This document shows positions 1 to 8,879 of a DNA stretch of 64,000 nucleotides, one piece after another. A model generated the notes under the pieces. That model was not told where the DNA came from and searched no databases. It saw only the letters and a program-made list of their open reading frames with translations. The DNA is from Methanobacteriota archaeon (GTDB lineage Archaea; Thermoplasmatota; Poseidoniia; Poseidoniales; Thalassarchaeaceae). Both the position numbers and the translations under genes were made by a program. The stretch is taken from NCBI GenBank assembly GCA_018654845.1, contig JABIKU010000002.1, forward strand, positions 81,602 through 145,601, in the 5' to 3' direction. Position 1 is the first letter of the stretch, and each line of letters starts with the position of its first letter.

Positions 1-414
1 ATAAACCACTCCCAATTGATTCGCGGCTGCGACTAATCTTCCAACCAAGCCAGTCCAGCCGCCATATGGAATTACAAATTCACGAGGGGGTTTGAGTTTT
101 GAATAAGGGCGCATTTCGGTTAATGCTGAAAGCCCACTATCTCTTGTTTGACCGATTGTAAAAAAATCATCACTCCTCCATTTAGGCCCTAAAACTCGCG
201 GCGCACGCAATTTGCGAAGAAATTGATAGAATGCGCCACGTCGATGCAATAGATGTAAACCAGGGTCGAGAACCCACTCTCTAGATTCTCGTATTCGAAC
301 GCAGCCTCCCAAACTTTTCCGTGATTCAACAAGTAGTACCTCATCACCATCAGCGGCTAGTTGAATAGCGGCACTAAGACCAGCCAATCCGCCGCCGATA
401 ACCACGGTTCGCAT
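1..414 (-). CDS. FAD/NAD(P)-binding oxidoreductase, N-terminal part (3' end runs off the window)
   Basis: Absent from the ORF track because it has no stop in the window. Reverse complement from ATG at 412-414 reads MRTVVIGGGLAGLSAAIQLAADGDEVLLVESRKSLGG. This is a canonical GxGxxG beta-alpha-beta with an acidic end of strand 2, phytoene desaturase/amine oxidase-like. Confidence 0.7.
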   Translation of the reverse strand, partial: MRTVVIGGGLAGLSAAIQLAADGDEVLLVESRKSLGGCVRIRESREWVLDPGLHLLHRRGAFYQFLRKLRAPRVLGPKWRSDDFFTIGQTRDSGLSALTEMRPYSKLKPPREFVIPYGGWTGLVGRLVAAANQLGVVY

Positions 415-484
415 CGTTTTGGCACATGAGGTGGGGCAAATGACATTTCGTGTGGTTGAAGTGTGAAGTTCGGCACGCCCAAGT

Positions 485-1423
485 GTGGCTCGATTGCCTC
501 ATGACAGGTCCGACCTGCTATTTTCGCAAGGTTCTGTGACGGAGTTATTTCAAGTTTCAATCGATCGTTGGGTGGATGCAATGATGGCTGACGAGCGCGG
601 TGGCGGAGAAGCCGTTTCCACTGTCGTAATCGCTAGAATAATCACAAAACAAGATGGGGTTCTTTGTGGAATTCCTGTCATTGAGAGATTGTTAGAGCGT
701 CATTGTCAAGCAGTAATAGCTGATTGGAATTTTTCTGAAGGAGAATCGATATCTATTGGAAACTCGATCGTAGAATTGCATGGAGATTCAGCAGAAATTC
801 TGAGAATCGAGCGTACGGCGCTGAATGTTCTCGGCAGAATGTCAGGAATCGCTTCATTTACTGCAAATTGGGTCTCAAAAGTCGATGGTATCGCCATCGC
901 CTGCACGAGAAAAACCGAATGGGGGCTCCTCGACAAATGGGCTGTACATATTGGTGGGGGATTGACGCATAGATTGGATCGTTCCGATGCGATAATGCTG
1001 AAAGAAAACGACTTCGCTGCTCAACAAGAACGAGATGGTATTGATATGACAAAATCAACTAACATGATTGAAAATATTGACTTAGATTTGAATGCTCATT
1101 TTACAGTCGTCGAAGTCGATGATGAAAAGATGGCTATTGAAGTCGCTACGATTTGGAAGCATAGACAAATAGATCGTAATGGTTCTGAAAGAGTTGTACT
1201 ATTACTCGACAATATGGGGCCGGAACTTGCAAAAAAATGTGTACAATCTCTCGAACGATTATCTCTTGATGATTGGTGCATCCTTGAAGGATCGGGAGGA
1301 GTTAATTACGAATCCTTGCAAAATTGGTCTACGAGTGGTGTCGATTTGGTCTCAACAAGTGCCATCAATAGAGGCGTAGCTCCACTCGATTTATCGATGC
1401 TAATAATAACGGAGGACATGTGA
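485..1423 (+). CDS. nadC: nicotinate-nucleotide pyrophosphorylase (quinolinate phosphoribosyltransferase)
   Basis: LRIERTALNVLGRMSGIASFT, ACTRKT..GLLDKWAVHIGGG..HRLDRSDAIMLKEND and LEGSGGV are typical NadC/ModD-family motifs. The GTG start at 485 is uncertain. Confidence 0.8.
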   Translation: MARLPHDRSDLLFSQGSVTELFQVSIDRWVDAMMADERGGGEAVSTVVIARIITKQDGVLCGIPVIERLLERHCQAVIADWNFSEGESISIGNSIVELHGDSAEILRIERTALNVLGRMSGIASFTANWVSKVDGIAIACTRKTEWGLLDKWAVHIGGGLTHRLDRSDAIMLKENDFAAQQERDGIDMTKSTNMIENIDLDLNAHFTVVEVDDEKMAIEVATIWKHRQIDRNGSERVVLLLDNMGPELAKKCVQSLERLSLDDWCILEGSGGVNYESLQNWSTSGVDLVSTSAINRGVAPLDLSMLIITEDM

Positions 1424-2208
1424 TGGCTGATATTCCCACTAGCCATCCTCGCAGAGCTTCTTTACTCAGCCGACAAAGGTTAGTAGATGCAGCAAAATTA
1501 GGCCTTCTCGCAGATTCAGCATTGATTGCTCATGGGCGAGGTGAGGCTTTTGACTATCTCCTCAATGAAAGGACTTGTGATTCCGCTCGCACTGCCATTC
1601 GTGAAGTTGCTGCTCGACTTCAAGCAGCCGAACACCCAGTAATATCAATAAACGGAAACACGGCCGTGCTCGCTGGAAAATCATTGATTAGAGTAGCTGC
1701 AATTCTCGGTTGTCCCATCGAAGTCAACATATATTATCGAACTCCTGAACGAATTGAAAATTTACTTGTATTATTAAAAAATCAAAGACAAGAAATCTCT
1801 GAAGAAATAGCGCCCAAAAAATTCTCTGGGAATTGGAAATCTAAAGTTGAAGCTGTAAAAATTCTCGGTGCGATTTCTGATGGGCGCATCCTCGGCCTTG
1901 AAGGCCCACGTTCATTGTGTTCTGCAGATGGAATCGGATCTGCAGATGTTATTCTCGTACCTCTAGAAGATGGAGATCGTTGTGAAGCGTTGATCGCGTT
2001 AGGTAAACAAGTTCTCGTCATCGACCTAAATCCCTTGTCGAGAACGGCCCGACAAGCTACGGTTACAATTGTCGATGAAGTAAGCCGAGCCTCTAGCTTA
2101 TTATTTTCGTATATCGTTGAAGAAAAATCAAATCCCACTGATTGGGACAATGACGTGGTTTTGAAAGATGCACTAGAAGTGATGGCACAATCGGTAAAAC
2201 GAATCTAA
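1423..2208 (+). CDS. archaeal phosphopantothenate synthetase (4-phosphopantoate--beta-alanine ligase, COG1701-like)
   Basis: SHPRRASLLSRQRLVDAAKLGL..ALIAHGRGEAFDYLLNE resembles the conserved N-terminus of archaeal PPS. The ATG at 1423 overlaps the nadC stop (TGATG), suggesting coupling. Confidence 0.65.
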   Translation: MADIPTSHPRRASLLSRQRLVDAAKLGLLADSALIAHGRGEAFDYLLNERTCDSARTAIREVAARLQAAEHPVISINGNTAVLAGKSLIRVAAILGCPIEVNIYYRTPERIENLLVLLKNQRQEISEEIAPKKFSGNWKSKVEAVKILGAISDGRILGLEGPRSLCSADGIGSADVILVPLEDGDRCEALIALGKQVLVIDLNPLSRTARQATVTIVDEVSRASSLLFSYIVEEKSNPTDWDNDVVLKDALEVMAQSVKRI

Positions 2209-2216
2209 AATTATAT

Positions 2217-3398
2217 TCAAAATTCAGCGCGAAGTAATTTTTCACATCGTTCTGCAATCGCATCGCCGACCTCGGAAGTTGAAGCATTTCCACCGAGATC
2301 GTAAGTCACACTACCACCTTCTTTGAAATGTTCTTCAATTGCCTGCATCAATATATCTGCGCACCTGTCCATATCTGAATCATGATGCCTATATCCAAGT
2401 GCTTCAAACATCAGCTGAACAGAGGAAAGAGTCGCAATCGGATTGACCACATTTTTGCCTGCATACTTTGGTGAAGAACCGTGAACCGGCTCAAATAACA
2501 TATGATTTGGTCCTAGATTTGCACTACCTGCCATGCCCATACCTCCCTGTAAAACAGAAGCTAGATCAGTTGCGATATCACCAAACATATTTGGTAATAC
2601 AACGACATCCAACTGCTCAGGATTACGGACTAACCACATCGTGAATGCATCGATATATGCTTCATCAATTTCAATTTCAGGATTTTCAGCTGCGATTTCA
2701 TGGAAAATTTCTCTGAACAGCCTGCAACCTCTAGTGACATTGGATTTGTCAACACAAGTAATTTTCTGGGATTTACCTAATTTTCGTTGGCGGTGTTGAG
2801 CCAAATTAAACGCGAACTTGATTACTCTCTCACTACCCTTTCGCGAAATCGGACGAGCGTCCCACTTGACTTCTCCCTCTAAACCAGGGAAACTCTCAAT
2901 CACCATCTGTTTGTCTGTCTCACCGATAGCACGCTGAGACATTCTTCGCAAAAGAGCGTGATAAAGCCCTTCTGTATTTTCACGAACCATGACCATGTCA
3001 ACTTGCTCCGAATCCCAAACCTGTTTGTGGACTCCGTGAATTTTGTGTTTAACACCCGGGAATAATTTGACTGGCCTGACATTTGCGAATAAATTCAGCC
3101 CTGAACGAAGACCGAGAATGACTTGTCCACCAGCGAGATCACCATTGGGTAGGCGAGCACCGGGCCAGCCAATTGCACCGAGAAGTATTGCATCAGAATT
3201 GTCTCGACAGTGTTCAAATGACCCATCAGGCCATTCTTTTCCTGTTTCAAGATAATATTCTCCACCACACGGAATGGTAGTAATATTGAAGGATGCTGGA
3301 CTAAATTTTTCGAAAACTGCGATAATTTTAGCAGCCTCGGCAATGACTTCTTTTCCAGTCCCGTCGCCGGGTAACACAGTCAGCCGATATTCGCCCAT
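2217..3398 (-). CDS. isopropylmalate/isocitrate/tartrate dehydrogenase family (beta-decarboxylating dehydrogenase)
   Basis: LPGDGTGKEV, VRENTEGLY, NMFGDIATDLASVLQGGMGMAGSANLG and FEPVHGSSPKYAGKNVVNP are family signatures. Substrate cannot be assigned from sequence alone. Confidence 0.85.
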   Translation of the reverse strand: MGEYRLTVLPGDGTGKEVIAEAAKIIAVFEKFSPASFNITTIPCGGEYYLETGKEWPDGSFEHCRDNSDAILLGAIGWPGARLPNGDLAGGQVILGLRSGLNLFANVRPVKLFPGVKHKIHGVHKQVWDSEQVDMVMVRENTEGLYHALLRRMSQRAIGETDKQMVIESFPGLEGEVKWDARPISRKGSERVIKFAFNLAQHRQRKLGKSQKITCVDKSNVTRGCRLFREIFHEIAAENPEIEIDEAYIDAFTMWLVRNPEQLDVVVLPNMFGDIATDLASVLQGGMGMAGSANLGPNHMLFEPVHGSSPKYAGKNVVNPIATLSSVQLMFEALGYRHHDSDMDRCADILMQAIEEHFKEGGSVTYDLGGNASTSEVGDAIAERCEKLLRAEF

Positions 3399-3500
3399 GT
3401 TTCATCGACAACTGCTATTCCTCTTTCAATCCCACTATTGCCCCCCTTCGACAATTCTCAAAGCGATACTTGATAGACATCCACCACGAATAAGTACAGC

Positions 3501-4121
3501 ATGGACCACCCTGTGGAGGATGGAGGTGAAAGCCCAAGAATAGATGTTCGAGCATTGCCGGAGTCTGTAGCACAACTCTGGGAGACGATGCTTCGGCTCG
3601 ATCCTACTTGGAATATTGCAGCTTGGCTCGACGAGCGCGCGACCGAAGAATTGCAGCTAGTAGAAGGACAGCTTGGCAGAGAAAGACTTCGATTAGAACA
3701 GCGATTACACCGTATCGAGACCCTCGCTAAACGATTGAAACGACAACGAGAGGTTTCCGATATCTCAAATTGGGGAGATCCACATCAAAAGAATCTGTTC
3801 GATGTTTACGAACCTGAAACTATGGAAATTGTAAATTCGGCGAAAGAATGTGAATCACAAGATATAGATTCACCTGCTGTAGATTTCAATGCCTTCGGCG
3901 TCGGCGACGACCCCCTCCTCGCTATTGTCGCCGAGCACATCATGAGTATGATTGAAACAGCTTACTCCGAAGGCCCAGAACCAATCCATTTCGACACACT
4001 GATGGACGAACTTGACCAAATTGGAATTCGCGCAGATGAGGTAGAAGAGGCAGTTCAATGGCTATTACAAAGAGAGATGATTATTGAAATTGGGCAGGAT
4101 TACTTCGGATTAGACATCTAG
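3501..4121 (+). CDS. hypothetical acidic protein, possible C-terminal winged-helix-like segment
   Basis: 206-aa ORF with a coiled-coil-like middle (LGRERLRLEQRLHRIETLAKRLKRQRE) and an acidic C-terminus. It ends 15 nt before the methyltransferase-like ORF. I recognise no family. Confidence 0.45.
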   Translation: MDHPVEDGGESPRIDVRALPESVAQLWETMLRLDPTWNIAAWLDERATEELQLVEGQLGRERLRLEQRLHRIETLAKRLKRQREVSDISNWGDPHQKNLFDVYEPETMEIVNSAKECESQDIDSPAVDFNAFGVGDDPLLAIVAEHIMSMIETAYSEGPEPIHFDTLMDELDQIGIRADEVEEAVQWLLQREMIIEIGQDYFGLDI

Positions 4122-4195
4122 AATTCTAAGACAATTTGAGATTTTCAGTAGCCGACTCATTGAAAGAGGATGCCCCTGTCGCGGGGGCGTATTCC

Positions 4196-6163
4196 ATGGT
4201 TAGTGACGCATCTGGATGGTACGCCCGGCTTGACCGCGAGTGTTCCGATAGGATTGAACAGTTAGAGACTTGGATTTCATCATGGGAAGAAGCAACCCGA
4301 CACGGCATTCCAATCGCAGCGACTTTGCCTAATTTTTGGCCAACTCTTCCAGCGGGATTACTTTCTGATCCGGGTGCAGTTCTCGACCATCTACTTGCGC
4401 GATATGAAGCAGAAAGTGATGGTCGTTCCCCGCGGGGCGCTTATGCAACTCCCGCTAAATTTGCTGAATCTATCCTCGCTGATGAATTGAAAAATTCTCG
4501 TGCAAATACAAAGAAAGCACCTCTACCTACCCTTACACTCTCTGCACTTCCTCCAGGCTTCCATGCCTATGCACAACAATTTAACCAAAATGTTTCAGAT
4601 GAGTTAGACGAAGATTGCGATGATAACTGTGATGGCTTACAAACTCGAACTGGAATTCCTATTCCTTTCGCCGACCCATCCGTAGGCGCTGGAGTTTTTC
4701 CAGCTCGCTTATTCAGAATTCATACAGAGCGGAGTGATAAATTCACAGATGAGGAAAGAAAGCAAGATACGCTTGACTTATTGAATGGATTGCAATTACT
4801 CGACGGTTCAGAAGTTGCAGTAAAATGTGCAAGACATCGGCTTCTTATCGCCCTCTGCCGATGTGGCCTAGTAGATCTCGATGGTGATGGTGATGAAAGT
4901 AAAATTGGTCGAAAAGATGCGGAAATTATTCTAAAAAACGCAGTACAAACTGGCGATGCACTACGAGGAGAGTGGCCGTGGACTGAAAAACCGGGCTTGC
5001 TAGTTTGTCGGCCACCTTGGTTACGAATCAAAGACCGGTTCAGAGGCCACCCCGATGGAAGTAATTTACGAAAAGAATTGTCACGACAACTTAGAAACAC
5101 TGCTGAAAAAGATGGGACTCGGCGCTTTTCAACACTTCGCGGCAATGTAAATCTCTACAGATTATTCCTTGAAAGAGGTATGCAATTGGTTCGAGATGAA
5201 GGTCGTGTGAGAATGATAGTTCCCGATTCCTTACTACGTGAAAAAAGCTCTATTCCACTCAGAAAGCTAATGATTGAAAGTAATCAATGGACCACTTCGT
5301 GGTCATTCCCTGAAAATCAAAGAGTATTTCCTGGTGTAACTCAAGGTGTTTTGGTTCTCAGTATTACTACCGGCGGATCTACTCAGACGATGAAAAGCTT
5401 CGGGCCCCTTGAAGCTACTGAAATTTCAACTCAATCTGGGCTCAAAACAAAGGCGCCCTTTATGGAATTGACACGCCCCTCATGGACTGTATGGACCCGT
5501 GGTACATGGGCTGTTCCTCGAATGCCAAGAGATCCCTATGAACGCCGACGAGTCATTCGCGCAATCGAAGATTTGGCGAATAAACCAAGATTGTCCGAAG
5601 ATAGTAATTGGCTTAATCCATCGGGCAAGCCAATTCGTGTTCGCGTCGGTGAAATCGATCAGACAAATTGGTCTGACGACATCAGCGAATGGGCTCTCGG
5701 CGCCCGTGGTGTGCCATTCATTCGTGGAACACATTTCCGAACAAAAGGAAGTGAAATCAGCATCAATCATCCAGCGTACAATTCAAAAATTAACTCCGAA
5801 TCTCCAGAACGTGCTCACGCCCGTTGGACCGGCCCGATTAAACCGCGAGGTCAACCGAGGCTCGCATGCCAAGCGATTGTTAATGCTCAACTTGAGCGAA
5901 GACTGAGGTGGGCCGTTGTTCCGCAAGATTGTGTCCTCGGTAATTCCGTTAACTTCCTTGAATTACCGGTCGAAGTATTAGACAAACTCGCTGAAAAACA
6001 CGGTTCTGTTGGCAAAGGATTGCTTTGGTTAGCTGCACACCTAAATTCAGAAATGCTCGATCTTTGGTCAAGAGCATGGGCTGCGAACAACAACGTGAAT
6101 AATTACGAAATCGAAAGTTTGCCGTTTCCCCAGCCTCGAGAAATTCGTTCGATTTCAACTTAA
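4196..6163 (+). CDS. gamma-class N6-adenine DNA methyltransferase-like protein with atypical motif IV (RPPW)
   Basis: GAYATPAKFAESIL (motif X-like), FADPSVGAGVF (motif I), LLVCRPPWLRI (motif IV position), NLYRLFLERGMQLVRDEGRVRMIVPDSLL, FPENQRVFPGV and a C-terminal NNYEIESLPFP. The order matches Eco57I/Alw26I-type enzymes. Start taken at ATG 4196; the track uses TTG at 4136. Confidence 0.6.
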   Translation: MVSDASGWYARLDRECSDRIEQLETWISSWEEATRHGIPIAATLPNFWPTLPAGLLSDPGAVLDHLLARYEAESDGRSPRGAYATPAKFAESILADELKNSRANTKKAPLPTLTLSALPPGFHAYAQQFNQNVSDELDEDCDDNCDGLQTRTGIPIPFADPSVGAGVFPARLFRIHTERSDKFTDEERKQDTLDLLNGLQLLDGSEVAVKCARHRLLIALCRCGLVDLDGDGDESKIGRKDAEIILKNAVQTGDALRGEWPWTEKPGLLVCRPPWLRIKDRFRGHPDGSNLRKELSRQLRNTAEKDGTRRFSTLRGNVNLYRLFLERGMQLVRDEGRVRMIVPDSLLREKSSIPLRKLMIESNQWTTSWSFPENQRVFPGVTQGVLVLSITTGGSTQTMKSFGPLEATEISTQSGLKTKAPFMELTRPSWTVWTRGTWAVPRMPRDPYERRRVIRAIEDLANKPRLSEDSNWLNPSGKPIRVRVGEIDQTNWSDDISEWALGARGVPFIRGTHFRTKGSEISINHPAYNSKINSESPERAHARWTGPIKPRGQPRLACQAIVNAQLERRLRWAVVPQDCVLGNSVNFLELPVEVLDKLAEKHGSVGKGLLWLAAHLNSEMLDLWSRAWAANNNVNNYEIESLPFPQPREIRSIST

Positions 6164-6200
6164 TTCCGAATTCCGGAAAATATTTTGTATAGTTCCGGAA
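6164..6200. promoter_or_regulatory. TTCCGGAA-type palindromic motif cluster (TTCCGAATTCCGGAAAATATTTT...AGTTCCGGAA)
   Basis: TTCCGGAA at 6171-6178 and 6193-6200, with CGGAAAATATTTT resembling BRE plus TATA. It lies between the methyltransferase-like gene and the THEP1 gene. Confidence 0.3.
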
Positions 6201-6313
6201 TTTGTTTTCCAGTATATGATTATTTGAATTCTTAATTACCAAAGTCATTAATACTCAATCTTATCATCGAGTAATCGTCTTACGCTCCGGCGTTGGGCAT
6301 TGTAGGGTTAAAA

Positions 6314-6874
6314 ATGGGAATAGAGCCAAAAATCGGCATTACCGGCCTTCCAAGGTCAGGGAAATCTGCGGTGCTTGAGAAAGTCATCAAAATGGTTACC
6401 GAGGAGCGAAAGCATAACCTTGGCCGTGGATATACCGATGTTATTGGGGGCGTATTGACAGAGGCGATTATAGAAGATGGTGAACGTGTTGGTTATGCAT
6501 GTGTAAATATTAGAACTGGCGAGAAAGGAACTATTGCACATCGGGAATTCGATACCCGAATTCGAATTCTTGGTTATGGAATAAACCCATCTGAACTCGA
6601 TCGTGTCGCTGTTCCAGCGATTTTAGACGCGCTCGAAGAATGCGAAATTTTAGTTATTGACGAAGTTGGTAAATTTACTGTCGAAAGTGAAGGCTTCGTC
6701 GCAGCAGTTCGTGAAGCTCTGAAATATGACAAGCCGACCCTTCTTACTTTACACAAGAAAAGTCGTCATCCTTTACTTCAAGATATTCGTCGACGTGATG
6801 ATGGTCGTGTTCTCGAAGTCACGCCAGTTAATCGTGCATTATTACCCTATAAAATTCATAAATTGCTCACTTGA
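6314..6874 (+). CDS. nucleoside-triphosphatase THEP1 family (COG1618)
   Basis: P-loop KIGITGLPRSGKS, Walker B ILVIDEVGKF, ~190 aa, and overall pattern (GYACVNIRTGEKG ... TLHKKSRHPLLQDIRRR) as in archaeal THEP1/MJ1559-like NTPases. Confidence 0.8.
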   Translation: MGIEPKIGITGLPRSGKSAVLEKVIKMVTEERKHNLGRGYTDVIGGVLTEAIIEDGERVGYACVNIRTGEKGTIAHREFDTRIRILGYGINPSELDRVAVPAILDALEECEILVIDEVGKFTVESEGFVAAVREALKYDKPTLLTLHKKSRHPLLQDIRRRDDGRVLEVTPVNRALLPYKIHKLLT

Positions 6875-6928
6875 TTCCAATCGCTCGCTCGGGCAACTTG
6901 ATGCATTCCCCTCTTCTGCGACTTACTA

Positions 6929-7312
6929 ATGGATTCCCCAGCGAGCCGTGCTCAACGTGTTTTAATCGGCATTGCCCTCCCTCTCTATCTCCTAACTGCA
7001 TTAGCTATCGTAGAAGGACGCGTCATCATTTTTGGTTGTGATTTAGTAGTTTGTCCGAATGCAGACAATGGTGCATTATTTATCCCTACCTTGGCCTTTC
7101 TAACTACAATTGCATATCTTTACATGCATTTCACTCGCAATAAAGAACTGGAATTCGCTCGTCTCGATAAATGGATCAGCCGCGAATCAGAAGAAGATAT
7201 GCGCATACGACTCAGAGCGGAGCAAGCAGAGGCGAGTGGAGAAAGTCTAGGAACTGGCTGGGCGACTATGGAACAAAAACACCTCGAAACACGTCTTGAA
7301 GAAGAGGAATGA
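6929..7312 (+). CDS. hypothetical membrane protein with charged C-terminal tail
   Basis: Two hydrophobic helices (VLIGIALPLYLLTALAIV, LFIPTLAFLTTIAYLYMHF) followed by a charged E/R-rich tail. Confidence 0.45.
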   Translation: MDSPASRAQRVLIGIALPLYLLTALAIVEGRVIIFGCDLVVCPNADNGALFIPTLAFLTTIAYLYMHFTRNKELEFARLDKWISRESEEDMRIRLRAEQAEASGESLGTGWATMEQKHLETRLEEEE

Positions 7313-7350
7313 AGACAGAAAACTTGACTCTCTGATGTCGATTCGTATGG

Positions 7351-7746
7351 TTGGATATTAGTATGAGTGAAGTTCCAGATGGATTGATTTACACAAAAGA
7401 CCATGAGTGGATTCGAGTTATTGATGATGAAATTATTATTGGAATTACTGATTATGCACAACATGCATTGACCGATGTTGTATGGGTTGAATTGCCCGAA
7501 ATAGGTGTTGATGTAGAAATGATGGAATCCTTTGCAAGCGTTGAATCGGTCAAGTCAGTCAGCGAAATTTATGCACCAGTTTCAGGTCAAGTTATAACTG
7601 CAAATGAAGGTTTAGAAGATGCTCCTGAAACGATTAACACCGATCCTTATGGAGATGGATGGATTTGTCGAATGTCAATTACAAATGTTGAAGAATTATC
7701 TACTCATTTAGATGCAGCTGGATATACGGCTCTCATCGGTGAATAA
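7351..7746 (+). CDS. gcvH: glycine cleavage system H protein
   Basis: YTKDHEWIRV, GITDYAQHALTDVVWVELPE, lipoyl-lysine context VESVKSVSEIYAPVSG, and DPYGDGW. Confidence 0.93.
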   Translation: MDISMSEVPDGLIYTKDHEWIRVIDDEIIIGITDYAQHALTDVVWVELPEIGVDVEMMESFASVESVKSVSEIYAPVSGQVITANEGLEDAPETINTDPYGDGWICRMSITNVEELSTHLDAAGYTALIGE

Positions 7747-7748
7747 GA

Positions 7749-8288
7749 ATGAGTAATATGCGAGAAATTTCGATTTATATCGATGGTTCTTGCGAGGAAA
7801 ATCGCAATGTTACAGCGAATACACTAGCCGGTTGGGGGTTTTGTGTAGTCATCGGCGATACTGGCCTTGGAAAGGGCCAGGGTGAAATTACAACAGAACG
7901 TAATGGGGTCGTCGTCACCGATTCTTCCATCGAGGGATTTATCGGCGCGGAAGTTGGGTCGAATAATACAGCAGAATTGTCAGCAATGTTCCATGGATTA
8001 CGTTGGTTATTGGCCCAAGGCGGAGAAGAATCGGCTGTCATTCGTGGAGATTCAACCTATGCTCTGAACGTCGGTTCGAGAATCTGGAAGGCTAAAGCTA
8101 ACCGTCAATTGGCGTTGACAGTACAGAAATTATGGGATGAAGTTTCACAGTTGCGACAACTTTCACAGGAGCATGTTCGGGCTCATCGCGGTCATCGTTG
8201 GAATGAGCGAGCAGATCATCTCGCATTTCGGGCCATGAGTGGAGAGGATGCTCTTCCACTACAGTTTTGGAAGCCAGGTATGAGATGA
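7749..8288 (+). CDS. rnhA: ribonuclease HI (type 1 RNase H)
   Basis: DEDD catalytic pattern: IYIDGSC, NNTAELSAM, IRGDSTY, and HRGHRWNERADHLA. Confidence 0.85.
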   Translation: MSNMREISIYIDGSCEENRNVTANTLAGWGFCVVIGDTGLGKGQGEITTERNGVVVTDSSIEGFIGAEVGSNNTAELSAMFHGLRWLLAQGGEESAVIRGDSTYALNVGSRIWKAKANRQLALTVQKLWDEVSQLRQLSQEHVRAHRGHRWNERADHLAFRAMSGEDALPLQFWKPGMR

Positions 8289-8717
8289 TTAATCATCGGC
8301 TAAAATGCCGATGCTCAAAATTACATAAATCGAATGGATTAGCATAAGCAGGCCAATCAAGAGTAAAATCAGTGCAGTTGGATTGGGCAAAGGAAAGTTG
8401 TATTGACCAATAAAATAAGCCATGATAATCACAAAAAGGCTCACTGTAAATTCTTTTTTTGATGATTTCGCAGGGTTATCCCATTGATCGAGCCAAGGGA
8501 CGAGACCTTTTCTATCAAAGGTGAAGCGATACCATGCAACATATAGAAGAAATAAGCCTGCCATGCCCAAAACGCCTAACGTGAATGTTTCTGAACCCCA
8601 AGGTTGAGAGAAACTGATTTTTGTGATTAAGGTATTCAACAAAAGAACGAATCCTAACACTGCGTGAAAGCGCCACTCAACTTGACTGGAGACACTCACG
8701 GCTAGACCAGAAGGCAC
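8289..8717 (-). CDS. hypothetical integral membrane protein (about 4 TM)
   Basis: 142-aa ORF made almost entirely of hydrophobic helices. No recognisable family. Confidence 0.5.
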   Translation of the reverse strand: MPSGLAVSVSSQVEWRFHAVLGFVLLLNTLITKISFSQPWGSETFTLGVLGMAGLFLLYVAWYRFTFDRKGLVPWLDQWDNPAKSSKKEFTVSLFVIIMAYFIGQYNFPLPNPTALILLLIGLLMLIHSIYVILSIGILADD

Positions 8718-8879
8718 TCACGCTTGAAATCGCCGACAAAGAATAGTTCATCATGAGTTTACTACACGCAATCATGTGAAGCTTTACTTGGCTTGGGCTA
8801 TCTCTTCCGAAAACGACCCTGTCTGTCTTCATCGTAGATATGATGTCTTAGCCTCACTAAGCCATAAGGAGGGATTGAC

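Noticed and set aside
4196-6874. Methyltransferase-like gene plus the adjacent P-loop NTPase read as a two-gene defence or restriction system.
   Set aside because: The NTPase matches the small housekeeping THEP1/COG1618 family, which is widespread in Archaea. It is separated by an intergenic region with its own promoter-like motifs, and no nuclease is present.
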